DNA of 64,000 nt from an uncultured Chloroflexia bacterium (GTDB lineage: Bacteria; Chloroflexota; Limnocylindria; Limnocylindrales; CSP1-4), in the NCBI GenBank assembly GCA_963813335.1, contig CAWEYL010000001.1:672001-736000 (forward strand). Reading direction: 5' to 3'. The notes under the pieces are model-generated. The model was not told the DNA's origin, did no database searches, and saw only the letters and a program-made list of their open reading frames with translations. The translations under genes and the position numbers were made by a program. Position 1 is the stretch's first letter. The number at the start of each line of letters is the position of its first letter. This document shows positions 30,758-41,053 of the stretch, in pieces.

Positions 30758-31330
30758 TCACGGCATGGCGGCGAGCACCGCCTTGGCCACCGCGACGGCG
30801 TCGTCGGTGCGGTCCGGACTCGACGGGTCGACGATCTCTACGTAGAGCGAGCCTTCGTCGGGCGTCAGCAGGACCGTCAGGTAGACCTCGCCGGGGTCGC
30901 CGCTGTTGAGGTGCTCGGCGTACGCGCCGGCGTCGAACCCTGACACCGTCGGCGCCCCGGTCGGGCGGCCCGTATCGTAGGCCCCGAGCGTGACTTCGAG
31001 CACCTGCGTGCCGTTGCTGATCGTGCAGCGGAACGGCGGGAAGGTCTGGGCCTGTGGTGCTGAGGCGTTCGGGACGATCGCGGCGGCGAGACCCGCCGGG
31101 ATCAGCGGGCAGACCTCGGTGATGGCCTGCGCGGCTGCCAGCACGTCGCCTCCGCCGGCCGCACTGGAGGCGGCCCCGCTGGAGCCGGCCGCGCTGGAGC
31201 CGGCCGCGCTGGAGGCGACGCCATCGGTCGACCCGCCGGCCCCGGTCGCTTCGGGCGCGGTCGACGCTCCGCCGGCGGAACACGCTACGAGTGCGGTCAC
31301 GACGGCCGCCATGCAGACCACCCGCTTCAT
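30758..31330 (-). CDS. Putative lipoprotein
   Basis: MKRVV...LVAC lipobox, Ser/Ala/Gly repeat linker, two Cys in the mature domain. Confidence 0.75.
   Translation of the reverse strand: MKRVVCMAAVVTALVACSAGGASTAPEATGAGGSTDGVASSAAGSSAAGSSGAASSAAGGGDVLAAAQAITEVCPLIPAGLAAAIVPNASAPQAQTFPPFRCTISNGTQVLEVTLGAYDTGRPTGAPTVSGFDAGAYAEHLNSGDPGEVYLTVLLTPDEGSLYVEIVDPSSPDRTDDAVAVAKAVLAAMP
31155..31216 (-). repeat. 15-nt tandem coding repeat (SSAAG-like, about 4 copies)
   Basis: GGCCGCGCTGGAGCC-like units. Confidence 0.7.
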
Positions 31331-31383
31331 CTCTCCAGCCTCCCATCCACCGAACTTGCTGGGCACCCCAGCTTGCCGAGTCC

Positions 31384-31677
31384 TTACGCCGTGTCGAGGT
31401 CCGCGTCGGGCAGCCAGGACGCGATCACGAGGTCGAGCTCGACGATCCGGTCCAACGGGAACCCGGCGTCGGCGTTGGCGACCGCGACCGCCGCCGGATC
31501 GGCAGCCTCGAACACCGACAGGCACGTCTCCTCGTCGGCGACGAGGATCGTGACGAGGTGGCGGGCGGGCACATCGACTGGCCCCACGAGACGTCGAGCA
31601 GCCGATGCCACCGACATCGAGCTGATCGACGGAATGTAGCGCTCCACGAGGAAGAACCGCCGCCGACCCACCTGCAT
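31384..31677 (-). CDS. Small DUF4242/SCO4226-like protein
   Basis: FLVERY...[11 protein letters not shown]...V..AN..AG.P.DRIVE pattern; TACGGT 6 nt before the ATG. Confidence 0.7.
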   Translation of the reverse strand: MQVGRRRFFLVERYIPSISSMSVASAARRLVGPVDVPARHLVTILVADEETCLSVFEAADPAAVAVANADAGFPLDRIVELDLVIASWLPDADLDTA

Positions 31678-31712
31678 CGCCCGACCGTAGGAGGAGCGCC
31701 ATCCGGCGGCAT

Positions 31713-31726
31713 CCGTGGAACCACGG
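31713..31726. promoter_or_regulatory. Palindromic operator candidate
   Basis: CCGTGG-AA-CCACGG between the LuxR gene and its downstream gene. Confidence 0.55.
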
Positions 31727-31762
31727 GACTTTGCCCGAGGATTCGAAGTGCCGAGCTCGAGA

Positions 31763-34657
31763 TCAGCCGATGGACGGTTCGCTGGCGGCCGCCAGGGCGT
31801 CACGCAGCTGCGATCGCGAACGGATATCGAGCTTCCGGTAGACGGCCGACAGCTGGCTCTCGACGGTCCGGACGGAGACCACGAGTTCCGCTGCGATCTC
31901 GCGATTCGCGTGACCGGCGGCGGCGAGCTCCGCCACGGCGCGCTCGGACGCGGTCAGGCGGATGCCGTCGGAGGTCCGACCGCCGATCCGGCCAAGCTCG
32001 CGGGTCGCCCGGGCGGCCCAGGCGCGTGCGCCGAGCCCATCGAAGGTCGCCAGCGACGCACCGACGTCCGTGCGCGCCGCCCGGCGGTGTCCGGCCCGCC
32101 GCTGGACGGCGCCACGAGCCAGCGATATCCGCGCTCGTTCGAAGGGCATCGGCAGTTCGGCGTCGAACACGCTGAGCGCGTCGCCGAATGACGCCACCGC
32201 ACCGGCGAGATCTCCCCGAGCGGCCAGGAGGAAGCCGCGGCCGCGGGCCGCCATCGCGCGCACCCACGGCAGCGGCAGTCGGGCGCCCGGCTCCTCAAGG
32301 TCCTCGCGCAGCACCCGCTCGGCGAGATCGAGTTCGCCGGCGAGCACCGCCGCCTCGACCAGGTCCCCGAGGAACCGGAACTGCGTCGGCAGGACGACGT
32401 GCATGGCCTCGGCGTGTTCCTGGGCCTGGCGGAGGTAGGCGAGTGCGGCTCCTGGATCGGGGACCGAGAGCTCGATGAATCCGAGCAGTGCGCAGAAGAT
32501 CGCGCTTTCCCAGCGATCGCCCGCGGCTTCCTCGCGGCGGAGCCCGTCGACGGCGATCGCCCGCGCGGCATCGAGGTCGCCTGAATATGCCAGGATCCGG
32601 GCCCTCGCCGTGAGCGCCCGCTGTCGCCACGTCTCCTCGCCCTGTTCGACGAGCTCCAGGCATTCGGCGGCATACCGGCGAGCGGCGTCCCAATCGCCGC
32701 TCATCAGGCAAAGGACGGAGAGCGACTGGTCGAGGGGCGGCAGGAGCCCGACCTGACCCAGCTCGGTGAGTCGGCGATGGTCCGCCTCGTCGAAGGCGAT
32801 GGCCTCCGGCAGCCGGCCGAGATGGAACAGGCACCGCTCGGCCAGCTCCTGGGCGCGCCGAGCGCCGAACGAGGTGCCACCGCCACGCATGAGGGCGATG
32901 CCCCGATCGATGTCGTCCCCCGCCACGCGGTCGCCGGCGAGGAGCCAATGGAACGCTCGGTCGAGCAGGGCGCAGGCGAGCTGGTCGGTGTCGGCTTCCA
33001 AGACCGCCCCTTCGAGGAGGTCGACCGCGGCCATGGCGCTGCGGTAGCCGGTCGGCGGGTCCATGTCGGCCATGCTCGTGATGTGGGCGTGGACGAGGGC
33101 CTCGAAGATCGGATCGCCGTCGGTGTGCTCGAGCGCCTCGAGGAGCTGCGGCAACGCGTCGTTGGGCCGCTCCACGTAGGTGATCTCACCAAGGGCCAGC
33201 AGGGCCTCCCCACGGCGCCGCCCGGCCGGCACGGTCGCGAGCACGGCATGCAGGCCGGCCTCACCGCGTCCCGGGTCGCCGGCGGCCACGGCCGCCTCGG
33301 CCGCCTCGACGAGGAAGCCGCTCCGGTCCGGCTCCACAGCCAGGCTCGCGGCTCGCTCGAGAAGGTCCGCGGCCACGCCGGGCGCGCCGCGGGCACCGGC
33401 GATCCGCGCCGCGCCGGCGAGGGCGGCGGCGACGCCAGCGTCGGGTCGCTCGACGGTCGCCGCGAGGTGGATGGCGCGCTCGACCGGGTCGTCGGCGGCG
33501 GTGGCGAGCGCGCCGCGCAGGGCTCGACGTTCGCCCGGTGGCGCATCTGCGTAGGCCGTCGAGCTGAAGAGCGGATGGGTCGGCCGGATCCGTGACCCGT
33601 CGAGGGTGAGGACGCCGCGCTCGAAGGCCTCGTCGAGTGCCCGGTCGCCGGGCGCGCCGAGCACGCTGCGGATCAGGCTCGGGCTGGGCTCCCCGGACAT
33701 CGCCACGATGACGACGGCACGGCGCGCGTCGCGGCTCAGCGTCGCGAGGTGGTCGCGCACGAGCGGACCCGCTTCGGGAGGCACGGGGAACGGTTCGCCC
33801 GGCGCGGGATCGAGACCCCGCCCCTTGAGCGAGCGGCTGATCTCGAGGCCGAGGAACGGGTTGCCCGAACACGCTTCGTGGAGCCGGGCGAGCAGCGGCC
33901 TGGGATGGGCCACGTCGAGGCGTTCGTGGATGAGCCGGCCGAGGGCGCCCACCGACAACGGGCCGACGACGATCCGCGTCCGGTGCTCGACGGCGGTATC
34001 CAGTGAGGCGATCGGCGCGAGGGTCGCGGACAGGTCTCGTCGGTCCGGCGGCCGTTCCGGCGACGCGTAGTCACCGGGTGTCGTCTCGTCCTGGTCGGCC
34101 TGGACCGGTCCGGTGCGTCGCGCGAGGACGACCGCGACCGGCTCGGACCTGAGCCGCCGTACCGCGAAGGCGAGCGCGTCCTGGCTGGCCCGATCGGCCC
34201 ACTGGATGTCGTCGATCGCCAGGACGAGTGGGCGATCGCGAGCGAGGTCCCGCAGGACGTCGGCGACGGCGAGGCCCACGAGCGACGGGTCCGAGTGGGT
34301 GCCGAGCGACGCACCTCGGCCCATGGCCGCCGAGATGGCCGCCCGCCGGGGGCTGTTCAGCAGCTCGATCGCGGCCTCGGCGGCAGGGTCGTCGAGGAGG
34401 GCGGTAAGGGTGGCGAACGCCAGGTCGCGCTCGGCGATGCTGGCGCGCCAGGCGAGGACGCGGTCCGCGCGCGTCCGGGCGACGGCGACGGCATGGAACC
34501 AGAGAGTGGTCTTGCCGATGCCGGCTTCGCCTTCGATGAGCAGGCAGGACGGCCGCGCCTCCTCGAGCCATCGCGCGATCGCCGATCGCTCCGCTTCCCG
34601 CCCGACGACGATCGTCCCCGGCATCACGACGTTCGCCAGATCCGGTGCATCGACCAC
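31763..34657 (-). CDS. Large AAA-ATPase/LuxR-HTH transcriptional regulator (MalT/LAL-like)
   Basis: VVGREAE, Walker [22 protein letters not shown]-terminal LTASE...[15 protein letters not shown]; start uncertain (34657 or 34625). Confidence 0.9.
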   Translation of the reverse strand: MVDAPDLANVVMPGTIVVGREAERSAIARWLEEARPSCLLIEGEAGIGKTTLWFHAVAVARTRADRVLAWRASIAERDLAFATLTALLDDPAAEAAIELLNSPRRAAISAAMGRGASLGTHSDPSLVGLAVADVLRDLARDRPLVLAIDDIQWADRASQDALAFAVRRLRSEPVAVVLARRTGPVQADQDETTPGDYASPERPPDRRDLSATLAPIASLDTAVEHRTRIVVGPLSVGALGRLIHERLDVAHPRPLLARLHEACSGNPFLGLEISRSLKGRGLDPAPGEPFPVPPEAGPLVRDHLATLSRDARRAVVIVAMSGEPSPSLIRSVLGAPGDRALDEAFERGVLTLDGSRIRPTHPLFSSTAYADAPPGERRALRGALATAADDPVERAIHLAATVERPDAGVAAALAGAARIAGARGAPGVAADLLERAASLAVEPDRSGFLVEAAEAAVAAGDPGRGEAGLHAVLATVPAGRRRGEALLALGEITYVERPNDALPQLLEALEHTDGDPIFEALVHAHITSMADMDPPTGYRSAMAAVDLLEGAVLEADTDQLACALLDRAFHWLLAGDRVAGDDIDRGIALMRGGGTSFGARRAQELAERCLFHLGRLPEAIAFDEADHRRLTELGQVGLLPPLDQSLSVLCLMSGDWDAARRYAAECLELVEQGEETWRQRALTARARILAYSGDLDAARAIAVDGLRREEAAGDRWESAIFCALLGFIELSVPDPGAALAYLRQAQEHAEAMHVVLPTQFRFLGDLVEAAVLAGELDLAERVLREDLEEPGARLPLPWVRAMAARGRGFLLAARGDLAGAVASFGDALSVFDAELPMPFERARISLARGAVQRRAGHRRAARTDVGASLATFDGLGARAWAARATRELGRIGGRTSDGIRLTASERAVAELAAAGHANREIAAELVVSVRTVESQLSAVYRKLDIRSRSQLRDALAAASEPSIG

Positions 34658-34763
34658 GCCTCCGCGCCGATGGTACCGAAGCCGCGTCAGTATCTTTCGG
34701 TGGTCGCACGGATGCGATGACCCGACGGTTTCGGGCGACGCACGATCGTCGAGCGGCCCGCGT

Positions 34764-34792
34764 TTGCCGCAACCGGCCGAGCCTGCTACCAT
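34764..34792 (+). promoter_or_regulatory. Sigma70-type promoter of rpsO-pnp
   Basis: TTGCCG-17 nt-TACCAT with an extended TG. Confidence 0.65.
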
Positions 34793-34845
34793 CCGCCGGT
34801 CATAGATCGGAAAGAAACAGCACATCGCCGTGTTCGGAGGAACGA

Positions 34846-35115
34846 GTGCCGCTCGCGCGGGAATTGAAGCAAGAGATCATCACCGGGTATGCCACCACTG
34901 AAGGTGACACCGGTTCGCCGGAAGTCCAGATCGCGCTCCTGACCGAGCGGATCAAGGACCTGACCGGGCATCTCCGAAGCTTTCCCAAGGACAATCATTC
35001 GCGCCGCGGCCTCCTCAAGCTCGTCGGCCAGCGCCGCCGCCTTCTCGCGTACCTGATGAAGAAGGACAGCGCGCGCTACCGCGTCGTCATCGGACGACTC
35101 GGACTCCGCCGCTAG
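34846..35115 (+). CDS. rpsO: 30S ribosomal protein S15
   Basis: [33 protein letters not shown]; GGAGG before the GTG. Confidence 0.97.
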   Translation: MPLARELKQEIITGYATTEGDTGSPEVQIALLTERIKDLTGHLRSFPKDNHSRRGLLKLVGQRRRLLAYLMKKDSARYRVVIGRLGLRR

Positions 35116-35128
35116 CGACGCCGCTCCC

Positions 35129-35151
35129 GGACCCCGGTCATGCCGGGGTCC
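35129..35151 (+). terminator. Hairpin between rpsO and pnp
   Basis: GGACCCCGG-TCATG-CCGGGGTCC followed by TCTC. Confidence 0.5.
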
Positions 35152-35235
35152 TCTCGCGTTCGACGCCAGATGGCCGAGTCGGCCGACCTGCCGCAGGTCG
35201 CCAGCCTCCTCCACGGTCAAGGAGGATCGATTCCC

Positions 35236-37818
35236 TTGTCTCACACGTTCGAGACGCAGATCGGTGGTCGCACGCTGACCATCGAGACCGGCAAGCTCGC
35301 GCGCCTCGCCGGCGGCGCCGTCACCGTCCGCTACGGTGACACCCTGGTGCTCGGCACCGCCAACCGCTCGGATCCCCGCCCGGGCCTCGACTTCTTCCCG
35401 CTCACGGTCGAGTTCGAGGAGCGCATGTACGCCGCGGGCAAGATCCCGGGCGGCTTCATCAAGCGCGAGGCGCGCGCGTCGGAGGCGGCCACCCTGGCCG
35501 CCCGCCTGACCGACCGCCCCATCCGCCCGCTCTTCCCCGAGGGCTACAAGGACGACATCCAGCTCGTCATCACCGTGCTCTCGACCGACCAGGAGAACGA
35601 GCCCGACGTGCTCGGCACGACGGCCGCCTCGGCCGCGCTGAGCATCAGCGAGATCCCGTTCGCGGGACCTGTCGGCGCCGTCCGCGTCGGCCGCATCAAC
35701 GGCGAGTTCGTGGTCAACCCCACCTACAGCGAGCTCGCCGAGTCGGAGCTGGACCTGATCGTCTCCGGTACCCGCGACGCGATCATGATGGTCGAGGCGG
35801 GCGCCAAGCTCCTGCCCGAGGACGTGATGGCCGAGGCCATCCTGTTCGGCCATCGCGCGCTGCAGCCGCTCATCGATATCCAGGAAGAGCTCCGCGCGGC
35901 CGTCGGCAAGGCGAAGAGCACCCCGTACCTCGAGCCGGGCACCGGCTCGGTGCTCGACTACACGAAGGCCGTCGCCGCGGGCGATACGTTCGTCGTGGTC
36001 GACGTCGAGACCACCGGCACGGACCCGAAGATGGCCGACCTCGTCGAGATCGCCGCGGTGAAGGTCCAGGGCGGCAAGATCGTCGACCGCTGGTCGACGC
36101 TCGTGAACCCGGGCCGGCCGATCCTCGGCCACCAGATGCACGGCATCACCGACGCGGACGTCAAGAAGGCCCCCAAGCCGGCCGACGCCGCGAAGGACGC
36201 CCTCAAGTTCATCGGCGACTCGCTGGTCGTGGGGCACTCGGTCGGGTTCGACCTCGGCTTCATCGAGGCCGCGCTCGGCGACGGGACGCACTTCGAGCAG
36301 GGCCGCTACCTCGACACCCTGGTCCTCGCCCGCGAGGGCTACCCGGACCTCGAGAACTACAAGCTCGGGACGCTGTCGAACTTCTTCGGTATCGAGCTCG
36401 CCCAGTCGCACCGGGCCGGCCCCGACGCCGAGGCGACCGCCAACCTGCTGATCTGGTTCGGGAACGACCTGCCGGGCCGCATCGCGGCCCTCAAGGCGGG
36501 GATCGCGGATTCGGTCCGGGCCAACCGGACCGGCGGCGACCCGAAGGCGATCCTCGAGGCCGCCCGCCGCGAGGCCCGCGTCTCGAAGGGCCTCTACAAC
36601 CTGCTCTTCAAGAAGACCTGCCGCGAGCTGGCCCTCGACGAGGGCATCCGGATGGACGGCCGCGGCCTGACGGAGCTCCGCCAGATCTCGGTCGAGGTGG
36701 GCCTCCTCCCGCGGGCGCACGGCTCCGGCCTCTTCACCCGCGGCGAGACCCAGGTCATGACGATCGCGACGCTCGGCGCGTCCTCGGACGTGCAGCGCAT
36801 CGACACGATCAGCCCCAAGACCGAGAAGCGCTACATCCACCACTACAACTTCCCGCCCTATTCGACGGGTGAGAACAAGCCGATGCGCGGCCCCAGCCGG
36901 CGCGACATCGGGCACGGCAACCTCGCCGAGCGGGCGCTCGTCCCGGTCCTCCCGGACCACGACGAGTTCCCGTACGTCATCCGCCTCGTGTCGGAGTGCA
37001 TGTCGTCCAACGGCAGCACCTCGATGGCCTCGACCTGCGGCTCCACCCTCGCCCTCATGGACGCGGGCGTGCCGATCAAGGCACCGGTCGCCGGTGCGGC
37101 GATGGGCCTCATCAGCGAGCCGGACGGCCGCTTCGTCGTCCTGACCGACATCCTCGGCAAGGAGGACTCGGTGGGTGACATGGACTTCAAGGTGACCGGC
37201 ACGCGGGACGGCATCACCGCCCTGCAGATGGACATCAAGGTCCAGGGCATCAACGAGGCGATCATCCGCAACGGCCTCAAGCAGGCCCTCGCGGCGCGCC
37301 TCGAGATCCTCGACAAGATGACCTCGGTCATGCCCGAGGCCCGTGTGGAGATGAGCGACTTCGCGCCGCGCATCATCACCATCAAGATCAACCCGGAGAA
37401 GATCCGCGAGATCATCGGCAAGGGCGGATCGATGATCCGCAAGATCCAGGAAGAGACCCAGACCGAGATCAACGTCGAGGACGACGGCACCGTGGAGATC
37501 GCGGCCGTCTCCGGCGAGAACTCGCGCAAGGCGATCGACTGGATCAACAGCCTGACCCGTGAGGTCGAGGTGGGCGCGCTCTACATGGGCAAGGTCACCC
37601 GCATCATGGGCTTCGGCGCCTTCGTCGAGATCATGCCCGGCAAGGAAGGCCTGGTCCGCATCGGCGAGCTCGCCGACTACCACGTTCCCACCGTCGAGGA
37701 CGTCGTGTCCGTCGGCGACGAGATCATGGTCGTCGTGATGGAGATCGACCGCCAGGGCCGCGTCAACCTCTCCCGCCGCGCCGCGATGCAGCGCCACCTG
37801 GCGAAGGATCCCGCCTAG
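35236..37818 (+). CDS. pnp: Polynucleotide phosphorylase with an in-frame inserted DEDDh exonuclease domain
   Basis: PH1 (DFFPLTV, GKIPGGF.KRE, DRPIRPLF), DEDDh insert, PH2 (RGETQ, HYNFPP, SNGSTSMAS, GDMDFK), KH (IIGKGG) and S1; TTG start after AAGGAGG. Confidence 0.96.
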   Translation: MSHTFETQIGGRTLTIETGKLARLAGGAVTVRYGDTLVLGTANRSDPRPGLDFFPLTVEFEERMYAAGKIPGGFIKREARASEAATLAARLTDRPIRPLFPEGYKDDIQLVITVLSTDQENEPDVLGTTAASAALSISEIPFAGPVGAVRVGRINGEFVVNPTYSELAESELDLIVSGTRDAIMMVEAGAKLLPEDVMAEAILFGHRALQPLIDIQEELRAAVGKAKSTPYLEPGTGSVLDYTKAVAAGDTFVVVDVETTGTDPKMADLVEIAAVKVQGGKIVDRWSTLVNPGRPILGHQMHGITDADVKKAPKPADAAKDALKFIGDSLVVGHSVGFDLGFIEAALGDGTHFEQGRYLDTLVLAREGYPDLENYKLGTLSNFFGIELAQSHRAGPDAEATANLLIWFGNDLPGRIAALKAGIADSVRANRTGGDPKAILEAARREARVSKGLYNLLFKKTCRELALDEGIRMDGRGLTELRQISVEVGLLPRAHGSGLFTRGETQVMTIATLGASSDVQRIDTISPKTEKRYIHHYNFPPYSTGENKPMRGPSRRDIGHGNLAERALVPVLPDHDEFPYVIRLVSECMSSNGSTSMASTCGSTLALMDAGVPIKAPVAGAAMGLISEPDGRFVVLTDILGKEDSVGDMDFKVTGTRDGITALQMDIKVQGINEAIIRNGLKQALAARLEILDKMTSVMPEARVEMSDFAPRIITIKINPEKIREIIGKGGSMIRKIQEETQTEINVEDDGTVEIAAVSGENSRKAIDWINSLTREVEVGALYMGKVTRIMGFGAFVEIMPGKEGLVRIGELADYHVPTVEDVVSVGDEIMVVVMEIDRQGRVNLSRRAAMQRHLAKDPA

Positions 37819-37846
37819 CCAGCAGGGCTCGGCTCCGGATCGCATC

Positions 37847-37872
37847 GAAGGGCCGTCCACGGACGGCCCTTC
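37847..37872 (+). terminator. Hairpin terminator after pnp
   Basis: GAAGGGCCGTCC-AC-GGACGGCCCTTC perfect 12-bp inverted repeat. Confidence 0.7.
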
Positions 37873-37934
37873 ACCATGTCCGGACACGATCGACCCCCGG
37901 GTCGAGGCCCTGACGCGCGCGCTATCCTCCGCTG

Positions 37935-40889
37935 GTGCTCCCCCGGCTCCGGGCGGACCATCCGCGGGGTGACCGAGTGACCGAGCGATCACGCGGGATC
38001 GTGAGTTCGCGTCTCAGTCCGGTCATGGTCGGGCGAGACGCATTCGTCGACCAGGCCGAGCACCTCCTCGGGAGTGTCCTCGCCGGTGACGGCCGCTTCC
38101 TGCTCCTCGCGGGCGAGGCTGGCATCGGCAAGACACGCCTGGTCGATGCGATCGAGCGGCAGGCTGCCGCGATGGGCTTCCGCCACATCCGCGGCCAGTC
38201 GTTCCTGGAGGATCGGGAGGTACCGGGGGCGCCGTTCCTCGACCTGGCCGGTGCGATGTCCCGCGACGCGGGATTCGCCGGCACGGGCGCTGACCTGGCG
38301 GCCCACCTCCGGCTGATCGAGGCGGACGAGGACCTCACCGGCCCGCGTCGTCGTCGTCAGCTCGTCCTCGACGTCGTCGACGTGCTCGTGTCGGTCGCAC
38401 CGCCGCCTACCGTGATCGCCATCGAGAACCTGACGGACGCCGATGAGCTGAGTCTTGAGATCCTCGCCCGCCTCGCGCGGCAACTCCCCGGTCGCCCGCT
38501 CCTGGTCGTCGGCACCTATCGAAGCGACGAACTCTATCCGCGCGTCCCGCTGCGCGATTGGCGGGCGAGGCTCCTCACTGGTCGTCTCGTCGAGGAGATC
38601 CAACTCGGGCGGCTGTCGCGCGCGGAGACCGCCCAGATGACCAGCGTGATCCTCGACCAGGCTGCGGCCCCCTCGAGCGACATGCTCGACGCGGTGTACG
38701 AGCGGACCGACGGCATCCCGTTACACGTGGAGGAGTTGCTCGGGGTCATCCTCGAACAGCATCGTGCCGACCACGATGCCGTCCTGGCCGCAGACGTCCC
38801 GGACACGCTCGACGAGGTCGCACGACAGCGCATCGACGCCCTGTCGGTCGACGCCCAGCGCCTCGTCCGGGCCGCGTCCGTCATCGGGCACGACTTCGAC
38901 CTCGATCTCCTGGCCGCGCTGGTACGGTCGACGGTCGACGAGGTCTGGCCAGCCGTCGCCGAGCTGCTCGACCAATTCATCCTCATCTCGGCCGGCGCGC
39001 AGGACCGCTATGGGTTCCGCCACGCATTGATCCGGGACGCCATCTACCAGGAGGTTCCCGTCCCGGACAAGGTGCGGCTCCATCGCCTCGTCGCAGAGCT
39101 GCTCGACGAACGAGGCGATGCGTCCGATGCCTTCCTGTCACATCACTACGAACAGGCTGGCGTGCGCGAGGAGGCATTCCACGCCGCCATGCGCGGAGCC
39201 AGGGCCGCCGCGGCGATCTCGTCCCACCGTGCGGCGTTCGCGCTCTATCAACGTGCCCGTCGTCAGCTGCCGAATGACCTGCCGCTGCCAGAACAGGCGG
39301 CGATCCACGCCGCCCTCGCCGCCGAGGCGGCGGCGAGCGATGACAACGCGGTGTCGTCGGAGGCCTATGCCGCGGCGCGCGAGCGATACGTCGACGCGGG
39401 CGCGATCCTCGAAGCGGCGAGCTTGATCAGCCCGATGGTCGCGGTCCGACACCTCCTCGGCGACAGCCTCGATGTTCGGCTCGAGATGCTCCGCCAGGCG
39501 ATCGCCGACGTGGAAGAGCTGCCGTCCGACGTCGAGACGACGCGCGTCCGGGGGCGTCTGCTCGCCAGTCTGGCCAACACCCACATGTACGACCTCCGCG
39601 TCGTGGAGGCTCGGCGGTACGCGGAGGAAGCTCGGGCGCTTGCGGATGGGGCCGCTGACGCCGCGACCGGCCTCGATGCGCGAATCACCATCGCGAATGC
39701 GCTGTTGTTCGAAGGGCGGGTCGGCGAAGGAACGGAGTTGGGATGGTCCACCATCCGTGACGCTCGTTCGGCCCAGCTCGAGGTCGAGGCCTCGCGCTGC
39801 TATCGGATGCTTGGCTCGTCATCCTCGGAGGTCGTCGAATACGAGCGCGGCGAGCGGCTCTTCCGTGAGGGGATCGAATACGCGGAACGAGTCGAGCGCT
39901 GGAACGACCGCCACTACATGGCTGCCCACCTCGGACTCATCCTGTGGGCGACCGGTCGCTGGCGCGAGGGCTGGGACCTCGCCGAGCGGGCCCTCGTCGA
40001 TGGACGGCCGGGCATCACCACGCGGATCACGGCGTCGTATGTCCTCGGGTACATCGCCATGGGGCGGGGCGACTGGGAGCGGGCCAGGCAGCTGCTGCAG
40101 GGATCGCTGGAACTCGGCGAGCCGATGGGCGAGATCCTGCGGACCTCGCTGGCACGCTGGGGTCTCGCAGAGACCGCGCTGCTGACCGGCGATGCACGAG
40201 CGGCCCTCGAGCTCGCACGACGAGGCCGCGCGGCGTCAGAGGCCGTCGGGGATGCCGCGCTCCTGTTTCCGTTCCTCGTGACCGGGACACGGGCTCACCT
40301 TGCCGTCGCGGATCCGGCCGGTGCCGAACGATGGGTCGATGAGCTTGAGAGCGAACTCCGTCGGACAGCCATCTCGGGCACGCTCCCGGCGATCGACCAT
40401 GCCCGAGGGCTGGTCCTGGCGGCGGCGGGCGCGACGACCCTGGCGCGAGAGGCGCTCGAGGTCGCGGTTCGCGGATGGGACACGGCAGGTCGCGTCTGGG
40501 AGGGGACCTGGGTCAAGCTCGACCTCGCGTCCGTCCTGTTCCGGATCAACCGGGTCGCCGCCGCGGTCGCATTGGTGGAGGATGTCCGCTCCATCGGTGA
40601 CCGCCTGGGCAGCCGCCCGCTGGTCGAGCGGGCGTCGGAGTTGCTGCGCGCGACCCGAGCGCGCCGGGGCGCCGAGGAGCCGTGGCGTCCCCTGACGGCT
40701 CGGGAGTTCGAGGTCGCCAAGCTGATCGTCGCGGGGCGGACGAACGCCGAGATCGCCGTCGAGCTGGACATCTCCCCGAGAACGGCGAGCTCCCACGTCG
40801 AGCACATCCTCACCAAGCTCGGCGTCGCGCGCCGTACCGAGATCGCGGTCTGGGCGTCGGCCGTGTTGCGGCAGGACGGAGGACCGTGA
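37935..40889 (+). CDS. Large AAA-ATPase/TPR-like/LuxR-HTH transcriptional regulator
   Basis: [40 protein letters not shown]-terminal LTAREFEVA...HVEHILTKLG; TATCCT 6 nt before the GTG. Confidence 0.9.
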   Translation: MLPRLRADHPRGDRVTERSRGIVSSRLSPVMVGRDAFVDQAEHLLGSVLAGDGRFLLLAGEAGIGKTRLVDAIERQAAAMGFRHIRGQSFLEDREVPGAPFLDLAGAMSRDAGFAGTGADLAAHLRLIEADEDLTGPRRRRQLVLDVVDVLVSVAPPPTVIAIENLTDADELSLEILARLARQLPGRPLLVVGTYRSDELYPRVPLRDWRARLLTGRLVEEIQLGRLSRAETAQMTSVILDQAAAPSSDMLDAVYERTDGIPLHVEELLGVILEQHRADHDAVLAADVPDTLDEVARQRIDALSVDAQRLVRAASVIGHDFDLDLLAALVRSTVDEVWPAVAELLDQFILISAGAQDRYGFRHALIRDAIYQEVPVPDKVRLHRLVAELLDERGDASDAFLSHHYEQAGVREEAFHAAMRGARAAAAISSHRAAFALYQRARRQLPNDLPLPEQAAIHAALAAEAAASDDNAVSSEAYAAARERYVDAGAILEAASLISPMVAVRHLLGDSLDVRLEMLRQAIADVEELPSDVETTRVRGRLLASLANTHMYDLRVVEARRYAEEARALADGAADAATGLDARITIANALLFEGRVGEGTELGWSTIRDARSAQLEVEASRCYRMLGSSSSEVVEYERGERLFREGIEYAERVERWNDRHYMAAHLGLILWATGRWREGWDLAERALVDGRPGITTRITASYVLGYIAMGRGDWERARQLLQGSLELGEPMGEILRTSLARWGLAETALLTGDARAALELARRGRAASEAVGDAALLFPFLVTGTRAHLAVADPAGAERWVDELESELRRTAISGTLPAIDHARGLVLAAAGATTLAREALEVAVRGWDTAGRVWEGTWVKLDLASVLFRINRVAAAVALVEDVRSIGDRLGSRPLVERASELLRATRARRGAEEPWRPLTAREFEVAKLIVAGRTNAEIAVELDISPRTASSHVEHILTKLGVARRTEIAVWASAVLRQDGGP

Positions 40890-41053
40890 GCCGGCCCACG
40901 GTCTTCGGTGCGGGGCAGGGGACGACGCGCCTTGGCGTTCGTGGTGACCGCTTGCACCGGTACGTCGACGCGCTTGCATGACCGGGCCGGCCGGAAAAGG
41001 CCCGCTGGTATACTTCCCCCGTGCCCTGACCGAATGACCGTCCCTGCGGAGCC

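Noticed and set aside
35983-36456. Intein or mobile intron as the explanation for the PNPase insert
   Set aside because: No Cys/Ser...His-Asn splice junctions and no homing-endonuclease motifs; the insert reads as a DEDDh exonuclease
34786-37992. 1068-aa antisense ORF over rpsO-pnp
   Set aside because: Shadow ORF caused by high-GC codon bias on the sense strand; no recognisable motifs
31763-40889. Avs/STAND anti-phage defence system
   Set aside because: Both ATPases end in a LuxR HTH and lack nuclease, TIR or SIR2 effector domains; they fit transcriptional regulators
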